Assembly (NCBI GenBank): GCA_963843145.1
Contig: CAWJJC010000021.1
Location: 64,001-128,000, forward strand
Direction of reading: 5' to 3'
DNA length: 64,000 bases
From: an uncultured delta proteobacterium
GTDB lineage: Bacteria > Desulfobacterota > RBG-13-43-22
Shown here: positions 43,493 through 52,749 of the stretch, piece after piece
Layout of the letters: each line of letters starts with the position of its first letter
Position numbering within the stretch: position 1 is the first letter of the stretch
Notes under the pieces: generated by a model
The model's input: only the letters and a program-made list of their open reading frames with translations
What the model was told of the DNA's origin: nothing
Databases searched by the model: none
Position numbers and translations under genes: made by a program

Positions 43493-43500
43493 AAAAATAG

Positions 43501-44169
43501 ATGGTTTTTAAGGGCCGGATTAAAGCCCTCCTGGATTTGGAAGACTATGACGGGCTGCTGGAGTTGTCCGACGTCCATGGGGGGAAAGTGAGCAAAAGCC
43601 TAATCAGCCTGACCGCTGACCTGGATCTAGATCGACGTTGGCGGGCCATCCGGGCCCTGGGGCTGGTAACCTCCCGGATATATGATCGAGATCCGGAAAA
43701 GGCCCGGCAGGTTGTTCGTCAATTGATCTGGAACCTGAACGAGGAATCCGGCGGGATCGGCTGGGGGATGCCGGAGGCTTTCGGAGAGATTCTGGCCCGG
43801 CAGGAGGATTTGGCTCGAGAATATGCCTGTCTTCTGGCCTGTTATCTGGTAGAGGACAAATCCTTTCTGGAAACGGAAGGACTGCAAACCGGAGTGATCT
43901 GGGCCCTGGGGCGGGTAAAGACCTTCCCTCAAGAAATGAAGGATCGGATTATCGAAAAGCTGAAGGGGTTCCTGGGGCAGCCGAATGCCGACCTGAAAGG
44001 TCTGGCCGCTTGGAGTTTAGGGGAACTGGACGGCCGGGAAGCCTTTCCCGACCTGGATGCCTTGCCATCGGATGGTCGAATGATTAAAATAAAAAGAGGT
44101 GAAAATTTGGTCAGTATGGCAATCAACGATTTGGTCGAAGAGGCTAAAATTAAATTAAGTAAACTTTGA
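43501..44169 (+). CDS. HEAT-repeat protein (DVU0298-like)
   Basis: EKARQVVRQLIWNLNEESGGIGWGMPEAFGEI signature. Confidence 0.8.
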   Translation: MVFKGRIKALLDLEDYDGLLELSDVHGGKVSKSLISLTADLDLDRRWRAIRALGLVTSRIYDRDPEKARQVVRQLIWNLNEESGGIGWGMPEAFGEILARQEDLAREYACLLACYLVEDKSFLETEGLQTGVIWALGRVKTFPQEMKDRIIEKLKGFLGQPNADLKGLAAWSLGELDGREAFPDLDALPSDGRMIKIKRGENLVSMAINDLVEEAKIKLSKL

Positions 44170-44188
44170 TGGAAAGGAGGTGGACAAC

Positions 44189-44353
44189 GTGAACGATTGG
44201 AAATGCAGCAAATGCGGATATACTCTGAAGGCCGATGCGCCGCCGGAAAAATGTCCGGCCTGTAAAGAAACCTGCGAATTTGTCAATGTGACCTGTTATA
44301 TTCCAGAATGTGGTTTTACCGGTTCGGATAATCGTCTGAAGGGAGAATCCTAA
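44189..44353 (+). CDS. small rubredoxin-like protein (54 aa; absent from the ORF track)
   Basis: GTG start after AAGGAGG; WKCSKCGY...PPEKCPAC..CEFVNVTCYIPECG. Confidence 0.88.
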   Translation: MNDWKCSKCGYTLKADAPPEKCPACKETCEFVNVTCYIPECGFTGSDNRLKGES

Positions 44354-44544
44354 TGTCCAAGAAGAAATATAGGGTTCGGGCGGAGTGTCCGGCCTGCGCC
44401 TGTGGCGACGTGTCCTTTTTAGGTCCTGAAAAGTTGAGGGAAAAATTCATCGGCGATGAAAAAGAGATCGATATCCTTTGTCCCCTGTGCGGCACCAAGC
44501 ACCGAGGACGGGTGGTGGCCGAAGAGGAAGTGCCCGGTCAATGA
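44353..44544 (+). CDS. small Cys-rich (Zn-ribbon-like) protein
   Basis: CPACAC...CPLCG; coupled on both sides (TAATG, ATGA). Confidence 0.8.
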   Translation: MSKKKYRVRAECPACACGDVSFLGPEKLREKFIGDEKEIDILCPLCGTKHRGRVVAEEEVPGQ

Positions 44545-45131
44545 CGGTTCTGGGGATCTATGGCAGTCCCCGCCAGGGGGGCAACAGTGACCAGCTCTTG
44601 GATCAAGCCCTGGAAGGGGCGCGGTCGGCTGGGGCGACCATTGAAAAGGTCTACGCCCGAGATCTGAAGATGTCGGGTTGTCTGGAGTGCGGCGGGTGCA
44701 CGCCGACAGGCGTTTGTGTGGTCCAGGATGAGATGGCCCGGGTATATCCCTTACTGGAGGAGGCGCGGGTTACTATTCTTTCCTCCCCCATATTTTTTTA
44801 CGGGGTCACTGCTCAGTTGAAGGCCCTGGTGGATCGCGTTCAGGCCATGTGGTCCAAACGGCTCTTGGAAAAAAAGACGCCGGAGGAGCGTAAACGGTAT
44901 GATCACGGGAAGGGCTATCTGATCGCCGTAGGGGCCACCAAGGGCAAGACCCTCTTTGACGGGTCGCAGATGATGGCCAAGTATTTTTTTGACGCCTTGG
45001 ATATGACCTATGAAGGCGGCCTGTTTTATAAGGGCATCGAATACAAGGGGAACATCAAGGATAACCCGGAGGCCCTCCGGGAAGCATATGACTTGGGGGT
45101 GAAAGCCGTCCAAGGGGAGCCCGGACTTTAA
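44541..45131 (+). CDS. iron-sulfur flavoprotein (flavodoxin family)
   Basis: GSPRQGGNS; CLECGGC.....C; SPIFFY; KALVDR. Confidence 0.9.
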   Translation: MTVLGIYGSPRQGGNSDQLLDQALEGARSAGATIEKVYARDLKMSGCLECGGCTPTGVCVVQDEMARVYPLLEEARVTILSSPIFFYGVTAQLKALVDRVQAMWSKRLLEKKTPEERKRYDHGKGYLIAVGATKGKTLFDGSQMMAKYFFDALDMTYEGGLFYKGIEYKGNIKDNPEALREAYDLGVKAVQGEPGL

Positions 45132-45135
45132 TAAT

Positions 45136-45268
45136 GATGACCTCGCAAAAAGTCGTCACCCCGGTGAAAACCGGGGTCCAGTGAATTGATAACTACTTGA
45201 ATCTCCTGGATTCCGACTTTCGTCGGAATGACGTAAACGGTCTCTCGGTGATTTTTTGCCAGACCACC
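45136..45268. mobile_element. MITE family A, copy 3 (different internal cargo)
   Basis: left TIR GATGACCTCGCAAAAAGTC; degenerate right TIR GATTTTTTGCCAGACCACC; flanks AATAAT/AATAAA; interior is a GTCACCCCGG..CTGGATTCCG..GGAATGAC palindrome. Confidence 0.78.
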
Positions 45269-45311
45269 AATAAATCAATAATCAGACGAAACCAATCTGG
45301 AGGAGGAGCAA

Positions 45312-45497
45312 ATGACCACACCCATGCATTGCCCGGGATTTGAAGGTATGAAACATCTGAAAGCCTTTTCCTGCAAATGTCCCAACTGCGGCAAGGAAAA
45401 CGAGATTTTTTCAGACGAGTTTGAAAAGAAGCATGTCTGCAAAGGCTGCCACCAGGAGATCGATTTCACCAAGTGTACCCTGGAGGCCGGGGTCTAA
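45312..45497 (+). CDS. small Cys-rich protein
   Basis: RBS GGAGGAGG; HCPG, CKCPNC, EIFSDE, CKGC. Confidence 0.8.
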   Translation: MTTPMHCPGFEGMKHLKAFSCKCPNCGKENEIFSDEFEKKHVCKGCHQEIDFTKCTLEAGV

Positions 45498-45568
45498 ATT
45501 TTTCCACCGCTAATGCCTGGTCTTTTGACCAAGGGTGGAGATTTACAGCCCAGATTGAAGGAATGGTG

Positions 45569-45700
45569 CAAATTCGAAATTCGAAGCACGAAATCCGAAA
45601 CAAACACCAAGATCCAAAATTTAAATGATCAAAACAAAAACGTTTTGGAATTTGACCATTTGAATTTGTTTCGGGTTTCGGATTTCGTGCTTCGAATTTG
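45569..45700. repeat. palindromic element with 7-nt periodic arms, copy 2
   Basis: homologous to 40230-40355. Confidence 0.85.
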
Positions 45701-45715
45701 TTGTGGAGGTGGGGG

Positions 45716-47773
45716 ATGGACAATCACTTAATTAACGAGAAAAGCCCCTACCTCCTCCAGCATGCCCATAATCCGGTAAACTGGTATCCCTGGGGTGAAG
45801 AGGCCTTCGCCCGGGCCAGGGAAGAGCGGAAGCCGGTCTTCCTCTCTATCGGCTACGCCACCTGCCACTGGTGCCATGTCATGGCCCACGAATCCTTTGA
45901 AGACGAAGAGGTTGCCCGGCTGATCAACCTTCATTTTGTAGCGGTGAAGGTGGACCGGGAAGAGCGCCCCGATATCGACCAAATCTATATGTCCGTTTGC
46001 CAGGCCCTGACCGGCCGTGGCGGCTGGCCCTTGTCCCTGTTTCTGACTCCGGAAAGAAAACCTTTTTTCGCCGGGACCTATTTTCCCAAGACCAGCCGGC
46101 TGGGGATGTCGGGTTTCACGGAGCTGTTGACCCAGATCGCCGCCCTCTGGGAAAAAGACCGGGACCGGATTCTGAAAGCCGGCGAAGAAATTACCCAATC
46201 CCTTCAGTCCCGGGTGTCAACGGCTGGAACGGGCTCGGTTCCGGACCTGAAGACTCTGGAAACCGGCTATGACCAGTTAGCTAAAAGTTTTGACTCCCGC
46301 TGGGGAGGGTTTGGAGAAGCCCCCAAATTTCCCACCCCCCATCATTTGACCTTCCTGATTCGCTGGGACCGACGCCGCCCCGATTCCCGGGCCAGGGAAA
46401 TCGTTACCAAGACCCTGGAGGCCATGCGTGGCGGGGGGATTTTTGATCAGGTGGGCTTAGGGTTTCATCGCTACTCGGTGGATGCCCAGTGGCTGGTCCC
46501 GCATTTTGAAAAAATGCTTTATGATCAGGCCCTGCTGGCCATGGCCTATACCGAAGCCTATCAGGCCTGGCGGGACCCGGACCACGCGCAGGTGGTCAGG
46601 GAAATCTTTACCTATGTTCTCCGGGACATGACCTCCCCGGAGGGCGGATTTTTTTCGGCGGAGGATGCCGACAGCGAGGGGCGGGAGGGTTTGTTCTATG
46701 TCTGGAAGCCGGAGGAAGTCAAAAAAATATTAGGTCCGGATTTGGGCGACTTTTTTTGCCGCTGTTACGATATCCAGCCCGGCGGTAATTTTGAGGAAGG
46801 GGAGAGCATTCCCCATCTCCCGCTGTCTCCGATTCAGGCGGCGGACCGGGAAAAAATCCCCCTGGAAGAGTTGACCCGGAAGCTGGAAGCGGCCCGGCAG
46901 ATCCTTTTTGAACTCCGGGAGCAGCGGATCCATCCCCTGAAAGACGATAAGGTCCTCACCGCCTGGAACGGCCTGATGATCGCCGCCTTGGCCAAGGCGG
47001 CCCAGGCCCTGAATGAGCCGGCCTTTGCCCGGGCCGCGGCCCGTTCGGCGACCTTTATCCTGGAAAGGATGCGGGACCCCTCCGGTCGGCTCTACCGGCG
47101 TTTCCGGGAGGGCCACCTGGCCAATCCGGGGTACCTGGAAGATTACGTCTATTTCGTCTGGGGGTTGATCGAACTCTACGAAGCCACTTTTGACCTGAAC
47201 TTTCTGCAAGAGGCGGTCAATTTGAACCGGATGGCCGTTGATCTGTTCTGGGATGAGGATCAGGGCGGGTTTTTCTTTACGGCCAAAGACGGCGAACCCC
47301 TGATCTCCCGGGAAAAGGAGATTTACGACGGGGCCGTTCCCTCCGGAAACTCCGTCGGCCTGCTCAACCTCTTGCGACTCGGCAAGATAACCGGAGCTTC
47401 GGAGTGGTCTGAAAAAGCGGACCAATTGTTGCGAAGCTTTTCCGCTACCATTTCGGGCTACCCCATGGCCTATACCCAGGTTTTAAATGCCCTGGACTGG
47501 GTGGTGGGACCCAGCCAGGAGATCGTTATCTCCGGGGACCCCGATCATCCGGTTTCCCGGGAGATGGTTCGTCTGGTCCGGGAGGCCTTTCTGCCCAACA
47601 AGGTCCTGCTTTATAAATCCACGGGACCGGAAGGGGAGGCGCTGAGCCGGGTGGCCCCTTTCGTGGGTCCCATGGTTCCGGCGGCCGATAAACCGACAGC
47701 CTACGTCTGCGAACAATATGCCTGCCGGAAACCGGTCCAGACGGCGGAAGACCTCCGAAAGTCTTTGTTTTGA
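45716..47773 (+). CDS. YyaL/SSP411-family thioredoxin-domain protein
   Basis: [38 protein letters not shown]. Confidence 0.95.
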   Translation: MDNHLINEKSPYLLQHAHNPVNWYPWGEEAFARAREERKPVFLSIGYATCHWCHVMAHESFEDEEVARLINLHFVAVKVDREERPDIDQIYMSVCQALTGRGGWPLSLFLTPERKPFFAGTYFPKTSRLGMSGFTELLTQIAALWEKDRDRILKAGEEITQSLQSRVSTAGTGSVPDLKTLETGYDQLAKSFDSRWGGFGEAPKFPTPHHLTFLIRWDRRRPDSRAREIVTKTLEAMRGGGIFDQVGLGFHRYSVDAQWLVPHFEKMLYDQALLAMAYTEAYQAWRDPDHAQVVREIFTYVLRDMTSPEGGFFSAEDADSEGREGLFYVWKPEEVKKILGPDLGDFFCRCYDIQPGGNFEEGESIPHLPLSPIQAADREKIPLEELTRKLEAARQILFELREQRIHPLKDDKVLTAWNGLMIAALAKAAQALNEPAFARAAARSATFILERMRDPSGRLYRRFREGHLANPGYLEDYVYFVWGLIELYEATFDLNFLQEAVNLNRMAVDLFWDEDQGGFFFTAKDGEPLISREKEIYDGAVPSGNSVGLLNLLRLGKITGASEWSEKADQLLRSFSATISGYPMAYTQVLNALDWVVGPSQEIVISGDPDHPVSREMVRLVREAFLPNKVLLYKSTGPEGEALSRVAPFVGPMVPAADKPTAYVCEQYACRKPVQTAEDLRKSLF

Positions 47774-47786
47774 TCAGTTAATTTTT

Positions 47787-47870
47787 CGTCAGCCCCGAAG
47801 TCCTTTATCGGGGATCCATCGTTCTTAAGAAAAGCCTGGATTCCCGCTCAGAAGCGCCGCGGGAATGACG
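47787..47870. repeat. REP-like double-hairpin palindrome
   Basis: CGTCAGCCCCGA..TCGGGGATCCA...TGGATTCCCGC..GCGGGAATGACG; related to the interiors of 45136-45268 and 62788-63002. Confidence 0.75.
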
Positions 47871-47952
47871 CTTTATGATCTTGTTGTTATTTTGAGGCCA
47901 TTTACTAATATGTAAGCACCTATGTTGCCTGGTTTTATTTTTCAAACCCTCC

Positions 47953-48745
47953 ATGAAAATTAATCTGGAAATGATTCGGCTGGTCTTCTTTTGGGGAGGC
48001 TTGGTGCTGTACGGGCTGATCGAGTGGCGGATCCCCTACCGCCCCAACACCGTCTCCAAGCCCCGACGCTGGCTGGACAATGTGGGCTTGTCGGTTACCA
48101 ACGGCATCATCCTCTATCTTCTTTTTTTCTCCCTCATCGTCCAAACCGCGGCTTATGTCAGCGAACGGCAGTTGGGGATTCTGAACCTGGTTTCGATGCC
48201 GGCCTGGCTGCGGATCGTCCTCACCGTGGCGGTCCTGGATTTCATGCTTTATATCTGGCATTTCCTGAACCACGAAATGCCCTTTCTTCTGGCGCTTTCA
48301 CCGGGTCCATCACAGCGATTTGAACCTGGATGTCTCCTCGGCCCTGCGTTTTCATCTGGGCGAACTGAGCCTGTCGGCCGTCATCAAGATTTCCCTGATC
48401 TACTTCCTGGGGGCCGATATACGGGGGGTGGTGATTTTTGAAATTCTGGTAGTACTCACCTCTCAATTCCAGCACAGCAACATCCGCCTGCCGGCCTGGT
48501 TTGAAAAACTCTGGCTGGTTTTGTTTGTGCCGCCTTCCATGCACCGTATCCACCACTCGGTGGTGATCAAAGAGCGGAACACCAATTACGGGACCATTGT
48601 TTCCCTGTGGGATAAAATGCTGGGCACCTTTTTGTATAACCTGGACCAAACCCGGATCAAGATCGGCGTGGGGGCCTACCCGAGAGCTGAAAAGGTGCGG
48701 TTTCCCCATTTGCTGGTTATGCCCTTTACCAAAGCGATTCGTTGA
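47953..48745 (+). CDS. sterol desaturase/fatty acid hydroxylase family, +1 frameshift at about 48284
   Basis: removing one T from CCCTTTCTTCTGG restores WHFLNHEMPFFWRFHRVHHSD; QHSN and HRIHH His boxes. Confidence 0.85.
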
Positions 48746-48958
48746 AGGAGAAAGGGGATGGCGTCCAGCCTCTTAGACCCTGCGTGATAGAATGGCCCCG
48801 TCGCTTTTTCGCGTATGAGGGAGAGCCAGGAACAAGATTTATTGAATGGTCTTATCAGAACCATCCCTCAAGGCACCCCAATTTTTCTTTTGACAATCCT
48901 TAAACTTACTGATATTCCTACAAAATAAATCGATAAATTTTGGTTTCGCCTTTGGCGG

Positions 48959-49048
48959 TGCCAACCAGGCCATTAGACCCGGTGTCACTGGCTTGCATGG
49001 GCCTTCGTCCCGGCAACCTGCGTGTCACGGGTCAACGCCGCATTAGGT
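48959..49048 (+). other. attC-like site (90 bp)
   Basis: TGCCAAC..TTAGAC......GTCAA..ATTAGGT imperfect palindrome; homologous to 62668-62757(-); R' has ATT rather than GTT. Confidence 0.6.
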
Positions 49049-49061
49049 GAAAGGAGTCCCC

Positions 49062-50159
49062 ATGAAGAACATGATGATTTTGGTATGCATCACATGTTTG
49101 TTTGTATTGTCGGCGGTCTCCGCAGACTCCTGCACGGTGTTCCGACTTAAAGCCAATGACGGATCGATCATGGTCGGACGCTCCATGGAGTTTGCTGTGG
49201 ATCTGAAATACGACGCTATCGTGGTTCCGCGCAATAAGGCTTATGTAAGCTTCGCCCCTGACGGAAAAGAAGGCTTATCCTGGAAAATACGCTATGGCTA
49301 CGTCGGGATTGCATCTTTCGGGATGGAGTTTGGCTTGTCTGACGGGATGAATGAAAATGGACTTGCAGTCGGGCTGCTTTGGTTCGAATCCGACATGAAA
49401 TGGCAGGATGTTGCTGCCGGTGAGATGAAACAAGCCCTCGCCCAGGGTATGGTGGGCGATTGGATTCTGGGCAACTTTGCAACCGTCGAAGATGTAAAGC
49501 GGGAAATCAGGAACGTGAAGGTATTCAATTACACAGATCCTAAAACAAAAATGTCCCCGACCGTCCATTTTATCGTTTATGACGCAAAGGGCGGTTGCAT
49601 CGTGATCGAATATGAAGATGGGAAATGTAACATCTATGACAATCCTCTCGGCATCATGACGAATGCTCCCAGATTCCCCTGGCAATTGACCAACTTGCGC
49701 CAGTATGTCGGCATGACGAGCGAAAAACCGGAGCCCTACCAGATGTCCGGTTTGACGTTTCCGGCGACTGGCCATGGGTCGGGAATGTTCGGCCTTCCCG
49801 GCGACCTTACCCCGCCGAGCAGATTTGTTCGCCTCGCCGTTTTGACCAGGTTCTCCGATATGCAGCCGGACGCCGAAAGAACGCTTAATCTTGCCCAGCA
49901 CATTATCAATACGTTTGATATCCCCTTCGGTATGGTCACCGATACAATGCCGGATAAAAAGATCATTCTTAAGGAATCAACACAATGGGTCACGTTTCGG
50001 GATCTCACCAAACGTATTGTATACTTCAAAACGTACGACAACCAGAATCTTCGGAAAATCGACTTGAAGAAGATTGATTTCTCGGATGGGAAAATAAAGC
50101 GGATTCCCATGTTCGAGGCCTCTGAGATCATCGTGGATATGACTGATCGCGCACGTTGA
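49062..50159 (+). CDS. exported linear amide C-N hydrolase (choloylglycine hydrolase/penicillin V acylase family)
   Basis: signal peptide then CT nucleophile; GRSMEF, DGMNENGL, MTNAP, GLPGD.TPPSRFVR. Confidence 0.93.
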   Translation: MKNMMILVCITCLFVLSAVSADSCTVFRLKANDGSIMVGRSMEFAVDLKYDAIVVPRNKAYVSFAPDGKEGLSWKIRYGYVGIASFGMEFGLSDGMNENGLAVGLLWFESDMKWQDVAAGEMKQALAQGMVGDWILGNFATVEDVKREIRNVKVFNYTDPKTKMSPTVHFIVYDAKGGCIVIEYEDGKCNIYDNPLGIMTNAPRFPWQLTNLRQYVGMTSEKPEPYQMSGLTFPATGHGSGMFGLPGDLTPPSRFVRLAVLTRFSDMQPDAERTLNLAQHIINTFDIPFGMVTDTMPDKKIILKESTQWVTFRDLTKRIVYFKTYDNQNLRKIDLKKIDFSDGKIKRIPMFEASEIIVDMTDRAR

Positions 50160-50366
50160 GTTGACCAGATGAGCGAAGGAGGAGGCAGATAGCGTGTTAA
50201 TCTGGATACATGGGGCACTGTCCTATAAAATAAAATGCGTCCTCTGAAGGAGGGTCGGACCTAAACGAACCAGTTGAAATTCATCGAATTTTAATGATTC
50301 AGGTGCCTATTTAAGGCCATAAAAAGCGCTTTTTGACATCAAAAAGAAGCTTAAAAGCAGGTAACC

Positions 50367-50417
50367 ATGCCCAGAGCCAATCGCTATTTCCTCCCGATCT
50401 GGCCCACCTTTAAATGA
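50367..50417 (+). pseudogene. N-terminal remnant of a RAYT/Y1-type transposase
   Basis: MPRANRYFLP then immediate decay; resembles remembered N-termini of REP-associated tyrosine transposases. Confidence 0.45.
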
Positions 50418-50595
50418 ACATGTTGAGTTGGCACGTAAGCGGCTAGAAGAGATTGGAGGCGACGTATGAGTGAACCTATGGGAGAAGTTTAGCCTTGAAA
50501 TGTTGATAATTCTGGCGACAAAGGCTGGAATGCATGTGATTCTTAAGACAGCGGCGTAGCTGTCCGCCAATTGTTAATTTTTCTCGAGGAAAGTC

Positions 50596-51432
50596 ATGTT
50601 CTGGAAACAATTGTTTTCGCCGGTTAAGGCCATCGAACCCCAGGAGGCTAAGGCCCTCATGGCCGGGTGGCCGGAGGGAACTTATACCCTGCTCGATGTC
50701 CGCCAGCCCGGCGAGTATGAAAAAGAGCATCTTCCCGGGGCCAAACTGGTCCCCCTAGCCCAACTTTCCGACTCTACAAAGGACCTGGACCCCCGGAACC
50801 CCGTCATCGTCTACTGAGCGGTAGGCGGAAGGAGCCGCGTGGCGGCTCAATTCTTGTCGGGACAAGGGTTCGGGGAAGTCTATAACCTCAAGGGGGGCAT
50901 CAAGGCCTGGCAAGGGGTGAAGGCCTTCGGGCCGGTGGAATTGAACTTGGATTTGATTCGTGGCGATGAGAGCCCGCTGGAGATCATTTCCCTGGCCTAC
51001 GGGATGGAAGAGGCCTTGCGCCGGTTTTATGTTTTTTTTAAAGACCGCACCTCCGACGGAGAACTTCAAAAACTCTTAATCCTTTTGGCCTCGGTGGAGG
51101 AAAAACATAAGGAAATTTTGCAGGCCTTGTACCTGGACCTCCCCGATGCCTCCCCGGATTCAAAACCATTGGAGGAGAGGACCCAGGACGAAGTGCTGGA
51201 AGGAGGTTTTCGATTTACGGATTTTATCCGGGAAAATGAACCGCTGTTGAAAAACCCCGCTGCTGTGCTGGAGACCGCCCTGATGCTGGAGACCCAGGCC
51301 CTGGACCTTTACCTGCGATTTGCGGCCAAGGTGGGGGAGGGGGGTACGAAAAACATCCTTTTCCGCCTGGGGGACGAGGAAAAGGCCCACCTGGCCTCCC
51401 TGGGCCGGTTGCTGGATGAAACGTTAACGTGA
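50596..51432 (+). CDS. selenoprotein: rhodanese + ferritin-like fusion (Sec at 50815-50817)
   Basis: ORFs 50596-50817 and 50839-51432 share a frame; TGA occupies the rhodanese active-site Cys position (VIVY-U-AVGGRS); C-terminal half has EEKH and EEKAH motifs. Confidence 0.88.
50832..50848 (+). promoter_or_regulatory. bacterial SECIS-like hairpin
   Basis: GAGCCGC-GTG-GCGGCTC perfect stem; G-containing loop about 21 nt after the UGA. Confidence 0.75.
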
Positions 51433-51462
51433 AAATCACCTGCACTTTTTGCTTGACATATA

Positions 51463-51479
51463 TGTTTAGATGGTATACA
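51463..51479. promoter_or_regulatory. putative MarR operator 1
   Basis: TGTTTA-N5-TATACA, overlapping a promoter with TTGACA at 51453. Confidence 0.6.
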
Positions 51480-51489
51480 CATATCTTCC

Positions 51490-51948
51490 ATGAACAAATC
51501 GGACGCCTCCAGATTTTCCCTTGTTGGGAAATTCGGCCGGGTGGCAAAACTCTGGGAGCAGTTGGACAAGAAGCCGCGCCAATTCGGGACCGGGGAAGAC
51601 TTCTCCGGCTCTGAAATCCACCTGATTGAGGTAGTTGGACAGAACGAGGGGCTCAGCGTGACTGCCCTGGCCAAACGGTTAGGTATAACCAAGGGTGCGG
51701 TATCTCAAACACTGAAAAGGCTGGCGGCTAAAGAGATCATTGTGAAAGAGACCGATCCGTCCAACACGTCGCGGGTAACCGTGAATCTTTCTACGAAAGG
51801 GAAAGTGGTCTTCTTCGCGCATCTGCACTGGCACGAGACCATGGATGGCGGCTTTCGGGACTATTTCCTGGGCCTGTCTGAGGAGCGGATTCGGTTCCTT
51901 GAGGAGTTTCTGACCATACTGGAGCAATTCTTAAAAAGAAGGAAATAA
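51490..51948 (+). CDS. MarR-family regulator
   Basis: SEIHLIEVVG, SVTALAKRLGITKGAVSQTLKRL, LSTKG. Confidence 0.92.
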   Translation: MNKSDASRFSLVGKFGRVAKLWEQLDKKPRQFGTGEDFSGSEIHLIEVVGQNEGLSVTALAKRLGITKGAVSQTLKRLAAKEIIVKETDPSNTSRVTVNLSTKGKVVFFAHLHWHETMDGGFRDYFLGLSEERIRFLEEFLTILEQFLKRRK

Positions 51949-51964
51949 TTTTTTTTCAGCATAG

Positions 51965-51981
51965 TGTATAGTAAGTAAACA
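51965..51981. promoter_or_regulatory. putative MarR operator 2
   Basis: TGTATA-N5-TAAACA, same palindrome as 51463. Confidence 0.6.
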
Positions 51982-51999
51982 CATAGACAGGAGGCACTC

Positions 52000-52566
52000 A
52001 TGAGATGGACAATCAGCGGCCAGGGGGTGGACCGAATGCCCGGTTTGGCTTTCCGGATGATGAAGGTTCTGTTCGATGTCAGGGACAGACTCGTGTCGGT
52101 ATCCTCCCTACTGGAGGAGTTCAATATTAAACCGGGACAGACCGTGGTCGACTATGGCTGCGGTCCGGGATCCTACCTCCAGCGCGCCTCCGAATTGACG
52201 GGACCACAGGGACGGGTATTCGCTCTCGATATCCACGAACTCGCCATCCAGGCAGTGAAGAAACGGGCCGATAAAGAACGGCTGACCAATGTGACCGCGG
52301 TACTAACAGACCGCAATAAATGTTCCTTGGCCGACGAAACGGCCGATGTCCTCTACGCGCTGGACATGTTTCATATGGTGAGCGATCCCAGGGGCCTGCT
52401 GAGGGACTTGAACCGGATATCGAAAAAAAGCGGATTTCTTTTCATAGACAACGGCCATCAAAGCAGAGACGAGGCCCGATCAAAGATTATTGATTCGGGT
52501 GAGTGGGAGCTGGTTGAGGAAAAGAGGCGTTATATGAAATGGCGTCCACTCATAAAGGAAGCGTAG
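52000..52566 (+). CDS. class I SAM-dependent methyltransferase
   Basis: VVDYGCGPG; RBS AGGAGG. Confidence 0.88.
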   Translation: MRWTISGQGVDRMPGLAFRMMKVLFDVRDRLVSVSSLLEEFNIKPGQTVVDYGCGPGSYLQRASELTGPQGRVFALDIHELAIQAVKKRADKERLTNVTAVLTDRNKCSLADETADVLYALDMFHMVSDPRGLLRDLNRISKKSGFLFIDNGHQSRDEARSKIIDSGEWELVEEKRRYMKWRPLIKEA

Positions 52567-52602
52567 CAAAAGGCAGGCATTCAACCAATTAAGGAGGTCC
52601 CC

Positions 52603-52749
52603 ATGTCCGCAAAATTCCGCTCCCAAACTTCCCCGCTCGATGGGGTTCAGAGAACTGGCGTCGGTTTGGCATTCATTCTCTTTCCCCTCATCTTCATCTA
52701 TGCCTTTGCCGCTCATCCTGGCTTGTTCCACCCTCACAGCCATGCCTGA
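52603..52749 (+). pseudogene. short ORF, probably the truncated 5' end of a membrane protein gene
   Basis: strong RBS AAGGAGG; 48 aa with one TM (GVGLAFILFPLIFIYAFAAHPGLF), then stop. Confidence 0.45.
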
